Shown piece by piece: positions 23,663 through 36,559 of a DNA stretch of 38,860 nt. Each line of letters starts with the position of its first letter. The stretch's first letter is position 1. The position numbers and the translations under genes were made by a program. The notes below the pieces were generated by a model, which was not told the origin of the DNA, did not search any database, and worked only from the letters and a program-made list of their open reading frames with translations. Origin of the DNA: Catajapyx aquilonaris (Eukaryota); assembly GCA_000934665.2 (NCBI GenBank), contig JYFJ02003691.1:1-38860 (forward strand). The letters run 5' to 3'.

Positions 23663-24525
23663 CAGAGGTTCTCAAACTTTTTGGTCCGCGGAACCCTGAG
23701 CCCGAATCTCAACTCATAATTTATGCTAGGAATACCTAGCTCCAGTGATCCTCTCATTCGACCTTCATTTTGGCTAGGCGTTTTTTCTCCCCGCCTCCTG
23801 CTATTGTTTTTAAGGTACAAAATTTTATTAGAACAGACGTATCAAATAATAAAGACAATGCAAACACTACCTGCTAATGGGATGAGTGCAGTTTCATGTG
23901 ACTGGATATGATGCTTTTTATGTTGGGATCAATGTTTGATAACTGTACCCGAAGGTCAGGGGCATCATTGAGCCTGTTCCTGTACCTGCTCTTTGCATAG
24001 GCATAAGCAGAAAATCCTACCTCACATCTATAGGTCGTCACAAAAGGGAGAAGGGCGAGAACTGCTCTTTTGGGTATGGTTGGGTACTCAGAGCAATCCA
24101 ACCCAAAATTCATTCAGTGACATGGACGCAAATTTGGCTTTTAAATTTGAATCGCATGTAAGTTCAATGGACTTCTCATACACTGGTACAGAAAACGAAG
24201 GAGGTTTCTGACGAACTTCAAATGGGTTTCGTACCCAGTCAGTATCCAGGTTTGTGTCTGGGAAGTACTCTGACAGAGATTGCTCGAGTAGCTTCAAATG
24301 CTGACAAATATTTTCTTTTAACATCATCTCCGATTTGCAATTTATCTTCTCTGACAAACTGATCCAAAAGACCAAATGTTTCTTCTTCAATACAATCTAT
24401 CAAAAAATTAATTCTGGTCTTCAGTGATGTGATTTTATTTTGTCTTGGGCTGAGAAAGTTGTTATAGTTTTCCCCTGCAAAGACATCGTAATTTCACTCA
24501 TTTTCCAAATATGTCAGCGAGCCAA
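23663..24525 (-). mobile_element. hAT Buster/Charlie (ZBED8/ZBED5-like) element, 3' portion with TIR
   Basis: WVRNPF, EFWV...YPTIPKRA...LPFVTTYRCEVGFSA...KSRYRNRL...LRVQLS...HSSH*; TIR CAGAGGTTCTCAAACT at 23663 preceded by acaTAggc. Confidence 0.9.
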
Positions 24526-25248
24526 TTTTCGCTACATAGTAGAATCTACATTAAGATAAGACAGGAACCTACCAGCACTCTGAGAGAGGCCTACATTGAA
24601 TATAAGTAGGTTCTGCGACACTTATTGCATTACACTTTCTGTGCCTCACATACTGCATTGGAACTCGGTATTCAGTTAAGCTCCATGACAATGAATGAAC
24701 ATGAGATACAGGATGATCCAAGTCAAATACTTTAGTTGCTTAAAATCAATTCACTCAGTGATCTCCACATTATGCTAAAGGGGTAATTCTTCTAGCAAGG
24801 TCTCTGGTTCTAGTGTGCCTTGTACCATGTTGCATATCAGATCTTCATTCAAAAATGAATTGCAGAGTGACGTGATGAAAATATAATGACATATTGCATG
24901 AAAGTAAGAATTCTTAAGAACAACACTACACAACATGCGGAGAAGTACGCATGTAGCAAGAAGAAAGATAGCACATTCACTAACACATGGTGCGTGTTGT
25001 CGGGCACACATAAGAAAATATTTTGACATGATCTCGGATTAATGAACCTTGCATTGTATTTAGGCCTGTTTTGTGATTACCACAAGTATAGGAACATAAG
25101 CATCAGGTAAATATGTTATGTGGATACAAACCATTCTGGATTCCTTCCGCTGCTTGGAGTTGAACATTAATTTACGATCTTTTGCAAAAACTTAAAGAAA
25201 GATGGTAGCCTTCGTTTACGGGTGGTGTGGAGGTACAGGGCTTACAAT

Positions 25249-25473
25249 CAGTGGTGGGCACAGTTAACCGAAAATTTAACTTCATTAACCGTTAATCAAG
25301 TAACTAAAAAAGTTAACTTCATTAAATGTAAAACGTTAAAGGGCTAGAAAAATTAATGGAAGTTAACGTTAACAACTTAAGTTAACTTTTATTTTATGAA
25401 TTTAACCTTTTTTATCTAGGACCCTTTAAAAAATAAAAACAGACCTAGAGTGCTAAAGTTAACTAGAGCACTG
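25249..25473. mobile_element. hAT-type MITE with GTTAAC palindrome arrays
   Basis: Starts CAGTGGTGGGCACAGTTAAC, has many gttaac units, ends gttaactagagcactg; flanks cttacaat/ctacaac. Confidence 0.5.
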
Positions 25474-25932
25474 CTACAACATACGCCTAATTCAGTTACG
25501 CTATTACCTGTTCCATACAAAAAGTATTAAACAAAATAATTCAAACACCAAAAAAGTTTATTGGTTAGCATTAGCATACATGACTCCATCATTCATTTAT
25601 TAACCAATGATGATGGTTTCCCCTCATAAAAACCAATCTTTTAAAAGTTTTTTAAGGTGTGTCCAGGAACAAGGTACCGCAAAATTATTTCACTGGTTGA
25701 AATCCTATCAGAATTCACAGCGGGTCATTAAGATGTAATGTCAAGGTGTATCATGCAACTCCAGCATTTTTTTTTTTCGCGACTAGATAGCATCCTTACA
25801 TTCAAACCAATCCTACAATCCGTACATCTGCAAATAACCAAATTTAATGTGTAAAGGGGAAAAAACAAGCGATATTTCAAATGTCTGCTCAAAACAATGT
25901 TACTAACTTTATTAACAGCTATGTTTGATCCT

Positions 25933-26341
25933 GTACATCAACTATGCACCTATGGTTATTACCACATCTCGTCAAACCAGGGTCTTCACTCAGATGTCGG
26001 TCGACGACGAAGGCGTGAGAATATGTGACTCTCATCGTCTACCAATGGCTGGTCTCGCTGTCGGCACCCGAAGTATCCCCTCAATTCGGGTGGGATGGCT
26101 CCTGCGAGGGATGGGGAATTCACAACCCCCCGCTGACTCTTCGACTCCCCCTTCTCCAACACTTTATCACTTCAACTTCGTCTACTTCTTCTCCTTCAAC
26201 ATGGAGGTGGTATTCCCCTACGTAAAAATCGTCGTCGTCATCAACACCAGCAGTACCATCTTCCTTCTCCACCTCCATCTCTCCTTCTCCGACTACAGAT
26301 GCCACCCGTTCCACTGTACATGGAGGGGTAATTTTCCCGGT
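25933..26341 (-). repeat. Direct copy of 408-803 (3' half of the orphan acidic gene)
   Basis: High nucleotide identity from gtacatcaactatg to taattttcccggt, with small indels. Confidence 0.9.
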
Positions 26342-26963
26342 GGCTGTGGTTCCTCTTCCCGCTGGTTATTGGGGACGTTCCTTCGTTCTTCCCCGTCCGC
26401 TGATGTCTCCGGCCGTTGATTCGCCTGTCGTGGGTCTAGGTTACCCCCGAGACAACGGTGTGAGTTCCGGGAGTGTCCTGGAGGGTTCGCTGAGCCCAGC
26501 CCGATGACGGTGGAGTGACCAAGGGATGAGGCCACTGGTGACACGCTCTGAAGGTCCAAACGGCTCCAAAAATCGTCTTCTTCTGGAGGGGAGGCCTCCT
26601 CGGTTGTTGGGAAGACCACAGCGGAAGGGGCCCACGCCTGGACGATGATTCGGCTACCTTCCGGATAATAGCGCCAGTCGGTGATCCTGTGCGCATTGAT
26701 ACGCACCACTTGGAGTCCCGGACCTGATGGGTCCGGCGATATCATCACTGAGCCGTGGGTGGCTATGTATTCTCGAAGACGGAGTTGCATCCACGGTTGT
26801 GGGGCGGTAATCGGTGCTGGGAGAGTGTAAGTTCGACCGGGTATCTTGGTTGAGAATAATCTTCCAGGAAAGGAGGGAGAGGTGTGGAGGAAGTCATGAT
26901 GTATGATCGAAGGAGGACAGAGGACTGACTGGCCAAATCCCGGCGTTCAAACGGGAGGGGCAT
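26342..26963 (-). pseudogene. Orphan GC-rich ORF with one frameshift
   Basis: ORFs 26763-26963 and 26293-26790 overlap; protein-like composition but no family recognised. Confidence 0.3.
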
Positions 26964-27560
26964 TCCTAAAGTGTGGCCACTGCAAAACGTCAGTCATTAA
27001 CCTCCCCTGACTTGTATCAATGATCATGGGAAACGACCCTCTATCGTTCCTCCAACTGTCTTCCTCTGCTGACTCGATACCTCAGAGGATGCACGGAACA
27101 TATTGCGCTACTTCCCGTGGACACCTGATCCCCTAAAGGCTTAGATGCAGCCTGGGAAAGTGTTCCCTGGTCGTTGACACTTTACTTCCGTCTGTGTGTA
27201 TGCATGCTGGCGAGTAAACTGAATGGGGTATAACCCAAACGCATATCCAATATCAGGCTTACTTCTTATGTATTTTCCTTATACTGTATATAAATCCTCT
27301 ATTATGACCACACTTGCAAAAAGGACTTGAGGAACTACTGTGTAACTGTATATGTGTGTGTGGGTGGTGTGGGTGTGTTCACCGCCCATGAAGGGCAAAG
27401 TCATATACCGTATGACGTTCGAGAGCGCGATTAAAAGTTACCTAACATGTTGCAAAATGAACTACGCAATGCTCTAAAATTTGACGCTACTCTCACTCAA
27501 ACTAAGGCAATACTGCTGAAATCTTTTACTAAGGATCGTGCTTACTCAGCAATGGTGACA

Positions 27561-27883
27561 GACGTGTGGCCCGCCTACAGGTTTTGGGCGTATGCCAACA
27601 CGGCCGGTCCCTCAACCGGCCGTGTGACGTTGCTGTGGATATGAATCTTCTGGCGATAGGAAGAAAAGGCGTTTTTGTGATTTTTGGTTTTATTGGCTAA
27701 AAAATAGTTCCCCACACATGATTTACCGGGTTCCGACCGGTTTCGCTCGTAGCGAGCTCATCAGGGAGAATGTTTGGATGTGTGGGCATTGGATCATACA
27801 ACTAAATTACATACTACTAGTACAGGCGGGCGGCCCACCACACTCGTGCGGCAACGGGCCGAGCCGCCGGGCAGAGCGCCTAC
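27561..27883 (+). repeat. About 300-bp direct repeat shared with 35121-35412
   Basis: gacgtgtggcccgcctac...gcagagcgcctac present at both sites. Confidence 0.9.
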
Positions 27884-29189
27884 GACCAGTGGTATCGTCA
27901 CGCGGGTTTGGGAACAATGGGACACACTGATCACCTAAGGGTTTGGGGTAGGTTTACAAGAGACGGCGACTGACGACAGTCAAACAGTACGACCACGAGG
28001 GCTTCCTGCATATGGGGGGATTCCTGAAAGGTACTCCCCCCATAGAGGAAAAGTGAACATAACATGGGTAGGGGCGACAAAATTGGGGACGGGAGATTGC
28101 GACAAGTTGGCCGGCGTTGATGTCCGCAGGGGAGATTGTTGATTTCTGCACCCACTTGAGGGTGGGTGATCGGCTTCGTCCGGCTCCTCGGTCCTCAATG
28201 TGGTGGTTCGTCGCTTGGAGATGTTCGCCCCTACCCATGTTGCGTGGATGCAGTCCGGACTAGGAGTGTGGCGAGGTGTGCCCACCCCTTGTCACAAACA
28301 GTGGAAGCGTGAAATTAAATAGATTCAAAGAAGCAGGAAAGACAAGTCAACTTAAATACATTTATTAGAATAATTTTTTCCATACGTACAGAATCGAGTG
28401 GCAGACTAGGGCAAAACCCCAACCAGACTGCTTGTGTGTGCCGCCTCGAGTTTCATAATTTGCCCAACGGTCAGTCCCACCCTGTGGTAGTGTCTGCTAT
28501 TAATAGTGCAAATTCGTTTCACTGCCCAACTCAACCAGCATGCCAGAACCCAGCATGTTAATATGGTACTTTTTGTGCACCTTATTCACTTCCAATGTTT
28601 CAATTTCATCCCGTATGTACTTGCTGAAGACATCCTCCAAATGTTAACATGGGATGAGCCAAGGTTTTTAAAACCACAAGCCGACTTGTGTGTCCATATT
28701 TATGCAGCTACAAGTTCACAATATTCTCTACTAGAAACAAGCGGCATCAACAGGTGAGCATATCATCATACAATCAAGTAATGAAAAATCGAGTAATGCG
28801 TATTGAAAAATGGATCTGAGAACAATCTATGAAAAATGGCAGTGCAAATTACCTCGACGTCTTTCCTCTGCCATTTTATGGGAACAGGAAAAAAATTATT
28901 TTCCCCTGTGCCTGAATATAAGTCATTTCTTTTGGGTACTCTGAATCTGAAACAAGTCGGAAAGATTACAATAACTCTGGACTCAATACGCATTGGTACA
29001 CCCTGCACATTGTAGGTGAATGCAGTGGTACTGTAATGCTCAAATGGATGTATTTTGTTATTTTTTGGATTCCTTATTGGTGTTGAACTGATTCTCAAGC
29101 CACTTCCACCTGGAATGTATTTTTGGCAGACCAAACTGCAACATCCCTCTACAAACATTTTGGCCAAGTTCCTTGGATTTGAAATGGAT

Positions 29190-29400
29190 CCAGGGCGAAC
29201 ACGTTTGCGAAAAGGTCCTTAGGACTTGAGTAGATTTATTGCTTTCGGGACACTAGACTGCAAACATTTGAAGTGCTTGAAATTACAGGTATTTGTACTG
29301 CTACAACATTTATGACAGGATTTCTACCACCCCAACTACCAAGTTTCTTTTTTTTTTTGGCTGTGCCGCAGTCTCCCAAGGCTTCCATGGTTGTAGCTGC
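29190..29400 (-). pseudogene. Possible decayed THAP domain
   Basis: SSTSNVCSL...RKRVRPGSI resembles the VCSxHF...RLRPGAVP motif. Confidence 0.25.
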
Positions 29401-29868
29401 TACTGTAGAACCATTTCCACAGGTGGGCGTCTTGGACAGGCCTCTGGGATCTGGAAGGACCATTAAAATTTGTTCAAATGTCTGACGCCCTAAACCCAGA
29501 CCTTCAAACACTACCAGAGTAGCATGTAAAACAATATCATGTGAATTTTGTAATCTAAAATGGTTGGTTTGGTTTAGGTTAAATTGCATTGGCACCATAC
29601 TGACCCATAAGCAGCCAAACAAAGAAATCGCTCCTTCACCTTGTCCTTGGTGGGCACAGAGTATCTTCCATCGGCGGAGTCCCGCGTCAACCTTTCTTCC
29701 AGATCATCCAACCTGAAAAGAACATAGGCTACATATAGTATCATTCTATCATAAAGTAAATAATAAAATAATAATAAATAGTATACCAAAACATGGAACC
29801 TAAAAAGCGTTCTGGCAGTGCGAATAGAAAGCTCAAAAGAGACAGAGACAAAACTGCCACTGCAAATC

Positions 29869-30223
29869 TCAGCAATTGGCTCCGCCCAAACAAAGAAGAA
29901 AATGAGGTCCTTGAAGAGGTGACCTTGTTGATACCTCTGACGACAGACGCCTGGGCACCATGAGCTGCCTTCCCCTCTTTGTGGCACTCTTCTCCTCATA
30001 TAGGGCATCCAGTTTTTTAAAGATGTTCCTTGCTTTTGTCCTCAGCCAGGGCAGTTGTTTCTTGAGGAAGATTTTTTTTATTACTACTCCCGCCTTCTGC
30101 TTCCTCATCCCCACTTTCCTCGCTTGAAATAAATTCCCTTTTGAGGATCTGCTTCGCCTTATCTTTGTCTTCTGCTGCCAGGTGGTGAAAACCAGTTTGC
30201 CTTCTTTCCAACTTATGAAACAC
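29869..30223 (-). pseudogene. C14orf93-like / CACTA-associated accessory protein exon
   Basis: ILKREFISSEESGDEE...KQLPWLRTKARNIFKKLD (SSEES..LPW..LD pattern). 30015-30368 is duplicated at 37116-37467. Confidence 0.5.
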
Positions 30224-30381
30224 TATTATATGTAAATTAGAGAGGCATGCTATAGAGCTTATACCTTCGGGGGGGAAGGGGGGGGCTGCTATGGCTGGTT
30301 TAGCATGAAGTAATAAATGTAAAGAACCTTACATGCAATATTCAATCTGTGGAATATTTAGGTAGCGGAAAATAAAATCAC

Positions 30382-30544
30382 CTCCGAGGCTTCGTGACTG
30401 CCTCCAAGAACTGGTGGAGTAGGCTGGACAATGGCCACTCCTTCCGTAATACAGCCTCGGAGCCACTACGGCCATCTCCGAGCGCCTTCTTTTCCCGGAC
30501 ATATTTATCCCTCAGGCTTTTCCATCGCGCCTTGGCCTCGGTAA
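30382..30544 (-). pseudogene. MADF/Myb-SANT exon (PIF/Harbinger accessory protein-like)
   Basis: Manual translation TEAKARWKSLRDKYVREKK...SGS...WP...FL, bounded by a ttacag acceptor and a gtgatt donor. Confidence 0.7.
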
Positions 30545-30674
30545 CTGTAATTAAAACATTTCATTAAGACCTTATCAGGGTAATGTCCATATCTGATTCC
30601 CAAAACTGCTTGACGTGAATTACCAAGGCACATCCATATAGCCTACCATGTGAAAGAAAAAACTGGGATTGGGA

Positions 30675-30975
30675 TTACTTATGAATGGAATATGGAGGAA
30701 TCAGTTGAAAGATTTTCTGGCTTATGTACGCCTCCTCTGCTTTTGACACTTCTTCTGTTTCATGCAACCATTGGAGTCGTATTGGCCTGCAGAACCTTTT
30801 GGACGAAGGTCGGGGATTCTTCCATATAATGCTATCATCATTAGTAGCCACTAATCGGAGGGGTACAAGTGAGGTGACAAACACACTTCCATCATTTACC
30901 CCTTCTTCAGTGGACTTGCCAGTTTTGTGATCTTCTCCATCTGTCCCAACTTTGTGTCTTCTATAGCCAGATAGC
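30675..30975 (-). pseudogene. Canonical Transib transposase fragment
   Basis: SVFVTSLVPLRL...IIWKNPRPSSKRFCRPIRLQWLHET, a hallmark Transib/RAG1 segment. Confidence 0.88.
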
Positions 30976-32304
30976 CACAGTTGCTTTGGCTTCTTCCAAA
31001 TAAACCAAACCAATCTTCTTTGGTCCACTTTTCCGCAGTCTCTCGCCAATTTGTCCCAACAGCCTGTCAACAACTCCCCTGATATTTCCCCTCGATTACC
31101 AGCGGATGACGCCTTCGTAGGATGGGGAATTCATAAGCGTCATCTTCAACACTAGCAGCAGCAGCATCTTTCTTCTCTTCCATCTGTTCTGCAGGCTCTA
31201 GGTGTAGGAGATGTAGGTCACGCTCTAGGTCTAGATGCTGAAGATGTTGTTTACGACCTAGCCCTATTGTGCTGGTTACAATAAAAATGGGAAAGGGACA
31301 TAAGCCATATCAGTGTTCGAAATTGGGATACATAGGCAGGTCGCCAGTGGCACCTGATATGTATAGCATGGTCGCCAAAACTGTATGTCTAGTCGCCATT
31401 ATTTTATTATATATCATTACTGTTCCACAGCATAAAATCGCCTATAGTTATAGTGTACAGCGTTAATATACTTCACAATTCAGAAGCATATTTAATATTT
31501 TACCAACTGCTTCTTTTTAGACACGGAACTGCAATAATAGCCTATACTAATCGCATCAATGATGGATTCGCTTTGTTCCTCGGTGTTGATTTTATGCTGG
31601 CAGACTCCTCTTCTTCCTCGTCAGCTGGTTTGCTGACTTTGGCAATGATACTGCCCACAAAAAAATACGAAATCTTGCGTTTTGCCATTTTCCTCGGGAG
31701 AGCACTTCTCGAGTCCGATCCGCCTCTCTTGCCGACTGCGACTCGAAATCAGTCGAAAGAGTGGAAAGACGATCTAAGACTATTTCGAAACTTCTCTCTC
31801 TCTCCCCCGTCCCCCCCCCCTCCCCCTCAACCCTCAAGGCGTCAATGCACTCATGACTTATACCGGTCATCGACCTTGCAACTTCTTCACCACACCTTCC
31901 CTGTTCCCTCCTCCTAATTATGTCCATCCTGTCGCCTGTCCCGCTTTCCGCTTTCCCCTCCTCTACATCTGGCTGTGACCCCGCGTAGCCGAGTCCTTCC
32001 TGCTTTGTTTCATAAATTTGTATTCCACCCAATTGGTCGTGTTGTTCATCCTTTCCATCCTTTCTCTAGACCTTGTCTCCTTCAGTTCCCTTATCCCCTG
32101 CTCCCTCCGAACGTCCCAAGTCTGCAATTGCCATTCCTCCTGGTTTTCTCTCCCCATTTCCCTTCCCTTTAACGCTTCCCACCAGATATTCCCACCTTTC
32201 CCCCTTTCTTTTTTCATCTCCTCCCATATCTTTCGCAGCATCAAAAGGATTGAGAAAAAACTTACACTTAGAGGGATAAAAACAATTGCAAACTGGTTTA
32301 GAAA

Positions 32305-33931
32305 CTAGAAATAATAGGTTCTCTAAGGCTTGGACTCAGATAGTCTACATCCGACATTTATTGCTCTCAAGCCATCATGAATCCCTTAGACCTCCGCTCT
32401 ACTGTCCCCATTTGAAGCACTCCCTTCCTCTTTTCTACTATGTGCGCCAGATCTTCTTTGATGGCCATTATCTGCTGGAGTGCAGCGAGAGACTTGCCCG
32501 TGGCGACATACCCTGGTCTGGTAGTCTTGACGTCCTCCATCATCCCCTCTGTGAAATGTACATTCCGTTTCCCAGAGAAAACAGGGGCAACAGCAATCTG
32601 TCCTTCCCCTCCTGAGAGAAGATTGGTTTGGCAGGCTGAAGTCAATTTGGCATATAGGGGAGAGTAAAAGTTACAGCAGTGGTGCTTTCCCCCATCTTCT
32701 TCATTTTGTCACCAATGTCCCTTCCAGTCTACCAGTTGCCGGTAGTCGTGATTTCTGACAAGATGCTCAAATCTTCTTTAAACGTTCCAAATATGCCGTG
32801 AAAGACTAGTTGAGCTGCAATGGCAGTATCCATCGATCCATTTAATGTCCAACTGGTTTCGCAGCAGGTTTGGTACGCAGCAAAACACCCAGTTCCAAAG
32901 TAATTGAACGCTTTGATTCCTTCAGTAGGAGCCCTCGGGGTGACACATGTGAACTCTCCTTCTTCGAACTTGGTATACGCTTTAATGTAATCCACTGTCA
33001 ACAGTGCGTGACTGAGCATGGTCAGAGGAAAGAAAGCCCTTTGAGCTTGCCTGGTGGTTGTGATCAGCGCAATGTCAGCCAGAAGCCCCATTACCATCCT
33101 GATTTGGTAGGCGGGTCTTCCTCGAATTGCCATCAGAACCTCGGTGATGCTGGGAATATGGCTCAAAGCTCTGGTGACCGCGGATGTCCACTTTTGGGAG
33201 AAGGGGTCTGTCGGATTAGATCTTGCATGTAGGAGTACAGAAGTCAAAGGCCTAGAGACTGAGCCATGCTGCTTCTTCGCTCTGGTGGGAAACTGATTCC
33301 TTCCAGCAGAATGTGGTGTTTGGGCAACAGTCCGTAATCAGCGACTTTGACCACTGTTTGTCCTTTTCCCTGAGTCCTTCCAATGGGCATCTCTGAATTG
33401 CCAATTCTAAATTCTTTGATCCTGAGAGAAAATCCTGAAGCAAAGTTTAACAGGGTGCTTGCTGTTCCATACCAGTGATTGCGGTCTCCAGCTGCTGGTA
33501 CAGAAAAAGGTTAGCCCAAACATTGCAGCAGGGGTTTTCATGACTTTTTGGAGAGTGACCAAGGTGGTGGTGTAGTTCTTTCCTCCGTGATGGATTGTTG
33601 GGGCTTGAGTCCTCACTTTGTTTATCAATTTCCCCTTCTGGCTGACCTCCTGCCTCAAGAGAGTGAATATGGTGTTCATGATGCTGGTGGCCTGAGTTGA
33701 AATGTTGAGGTTCATGACAGCATTCGAGACTTTGAAAGCCACCAGGAATCTCAGGAATGTGACCAAAATGAACCCCAGGACTTTCTCCTTCTGATCTTGA
33801 TTTAGGTCAATCCGTGGTCTCTTGGATTATGATATCTCTTGGGTTGGATCGTCCGCACTCACTACTCTCTTTTTATGCGTCTGGGCTTCCTCTGCTGTCT
33901 CCATCTCTTCGGGGTTTGGTTCGGTAGGCAT
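32305..33931 (-). pseudogene. NP: Endogenous orthomyxovirus (quaranjavirus-like) nucleoprotein, apparently full length, with stops and frameshifts
   Basis: ATG at 33931; QLVFHGIFGTFKEDLSILSEIT..W, SACQTNLLSGG..QIAVAPVFSGKR, GTV. These parallel influenza NP QLVW..EDL and QISVQPTFS. About 1.6 kb, no introns. Confidence 0.8.
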
Positions 33932-34051
33932 GATTCAGGTGTTAAGTAAGAGTCTGTTTCTACAGGTTCGGTTTAAGAGGAAGAGGAATTTCATGTAACG
34001 TGCCCTTTGTCTTAATACAGGATGTGTTAATGCTGATTATTTAAAAAATAC

Positions 34052-34300
34052 CTCTGCAGCGGAAAGATGCTGCTTCTCTGAGTTCTCTCTCTCCCGAACC
34101 TCCAATTTAATCTTGCAACGATCGGGAAGTGCCTCGATGGTTGTGTTGACCCAGTCCTCCCACTCTGGGTCCCATTGTTGCAGAAGCAGATTGTTTTCTT
34201 CGGCCTCTATCTGAAATGTCTTCTTAATAGCTTGAAGGAGTTCTTCTTTTTCCACATTAAATGTAGCCTTCTCCTTTATGTAGGTGACATGGTATGGCAT
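34052..34300 (-). pseudogene. SAMD3-like N-terminal (PB1/ubiquitin-like) exon, transposon-associated
   Basis: ELLQAIKKTFQI...LLLQQWDPEWEDWVN...LPDRCKIKL; GT donor at 34051. Confidence 0.5.
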
Positions 34301-34567
34301 GTTGTAATAGAGCGTCGACTCCCCAAGGTGACAATAGCAAAGGCCTCCGAAGCGTTCGCACTCGCCTCTTGACGCAGTGCAATGCTATACCGACCGTTAG
34401 ACAATCGATTCGCCAACACAAAGTTAAACTGATATGTGGTCTGCAACCACAAGATGTCACGCAACTGCTCCAGCTAGCGAGGCCAGATTTCTGCTGAGAT
34501 GATGGACCCCAAGAAGTCGAAAGCGAGATCAGTGGATTCTCCAAAGGCGGCCTCATACTGGGGGATC

Positions 34568-35593
34568 TTACGCCATCCAACACCCATAGGATCGTACTTC
34601 ACGATCCGCCGTCTCGGCCCGGATGAGTTCAATCCGGCGTTCGACTATACGTCGTTTTGGTGCCGGCAGGCTGGCCAGGAGCTCAAACCGTTTGGTCGTT
34701 GTTCTGGCCAAGAGCACGCGCCGGTGCCTGTACATTAGGGTCGCCAAGTCCGTGCTTGCGACCCGGAGTAGGGCGTCAAGCTCGTTCCATGCCTCTGCTG
34801 GGAGGAGCTGCATGTTAGGATTATAATGCCCTGGATGGAGCGGGTGGAGGGGGTCTCCTGCCACCACGCTACGCAGTTCGTCATCAAGCACTGTGCGGAA
34901 CCAGAGTTCACTCCGGAACAGTCTGGCCATATATCTTGTGGGCGCGTCCGACGGGGGCCCCAAACTGGCCTTCCGCCAAGAAGCGGCGAATAGCGGTGCG
35001 GCTGTCATGTTTTGGCCAGGGCCCAACTCCATGCCCGGGGCGTTTGCCGCCAGCGTCACTAGGTTAGGTTATCTGGGTCCCCGTAGGGCAAGCCGGTTGA
35101 CCGGCCAGGCTAAGGCCTGGGACGTGTGGCCCGCCTACTGGTTTTGGGCGTATTCCAACACGCCCGGTCCCTCAACCGGCCGTGTGACGTTGCTGTGGAT
35201 ATGAATCTTCTGGCGATAGGAAGAAAAGGCGTTTTTGTGATTTTTGGTTTTATTGGCTAAAAAATGGTTCCGACCGGTTTCGCTCGTAGCGAGCTCATCA
35301 GGGAGAATGTTTGGATGTGTGGGCATTGGATCATGCAACTAAATTACATAGTACTAGTACAGGCGGGCGGCCCACCACACACGTGCGGCAACGGGCCGGG
35401 CAGAGCGCCTACAGGCCGCTTCACAAATTCGGCGGAAGGCTGAGCGGGCGGTAACAGGGCTCGGGCGAAATACCAGCGATTGAGCCACTAGCGCCAGAAT
35501 CGCCCTGGCGGGGCGGAATGCTGGTAGGTGAACCCACAAATTCAGCGGCCTCCGACGAGAAGCTGCTTCTGAAGAAGACGACTCTGTTGGCAT
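34568..35593 (-). pseudogene. Orphan GC-rich gene relic, possibly spliced
   Basis: ORFs 35135-35338 and 34568-35059 share a frame across stops; polypyrimidine-AG acceptor near 35210. No family recognised. Confidence 0.3.
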
Positions 35594-36559
35594 TGTTGGT
35601 GGAGGAAGATCGTGCCGAAGCCCATGCAGCGTTCTTAACCAGGCGTCTTAAACAGGCTCAAAGATTGAAAAAGATTTGCGTGTGGCATATTTGACATTTG
35701 AGCCTCGGTTCATCACACTGTCCCGTGGCCTTCAGGATCAACTGTCCCATTAAAAAGCAGTGGCAGAGATTTATTATACGCGCTACGGATATACTGTATG
35801 AGTGTATGTTTTCTGGAAAGGGAGCGGTTGTAGAACGGCCAGGGGAAATGGGGGAGATGGAGGAGAGGTTGGAAACCATTCCACTTGGTCTTTGGTACAG
35901 TGCTTGAAAAAAACTGCCATGTACCCCCACAAGCAGCACACATGCAGAGCAGTGGGAAGTGTGCACGAGCTTCTGAAAAGAGAACCAAGAAAAAGAACTA
36001 AGCACAAGAGTCACCAAAGGCATTTTCCTAACACATGTTTATGCACCTTGCATGAAGTCAACATGGTCTACTAGCATGACTTATTTTATTACAAATTGGC
36101 ATCATTATTAAAGCTCTTGAATCAGGCTGATTTGAATTTTTAAATGCAAGTTAGTGCAATTTTGATGCCAATTGAAATGATTACATTTGTGAAGCGGGTA
36201 ATATAGTTCAGATGTCAGATGGATACCAGATGCCAAGGGATGCATGCATGCATCAGAGACACATGTTCACCTTTTTTTGGGCTGCTCAGCACTAGTTCAG
36301 AGCAACCAAATAGATCTTATGCCCAACAATGAAAGGTATGGATCAACTGGCTTATGGGAAATAATAGCACACCTTCATCGACGCCGCCTGTATCCTCCCC
36401 CTCTGCTGTTGTTGCCATGATGGTTTGGGGGCCTCTTTCTGCGGCACATCTGGCATTTTTCTCCACCCCAAGCACATCTGATAGAAGAAATAATCAGTTT
36501 AAGAGTACGGCATAAACCCAAGAAAGAATGTAAAATCAGCATGCAGAAATTATAATCAT

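Noticed and set aside
31540..32244. Purine-rich minus-strand ORFs next to the NP EVE as further viral genes
   Set aside because: Low-complexity Glu/Arg/Gly-rich translations with no viral or transposon motif that could be named.
32240..33990. Conserved orthomyxovirus segment termini or a poly(A) tail at the EVE ends
   Set aside because: No AGCA-type terminal motif, poly(A) or TSD could be recognised.
33931..34300. Spliced in-frame fusion of the SAMD3-like exon to viral NP (donor 34051, acceptor 33960)
   Set aside because: The splice is plausible, but the joined frame hits TAA after five codons and the NP ATG is out of frame.
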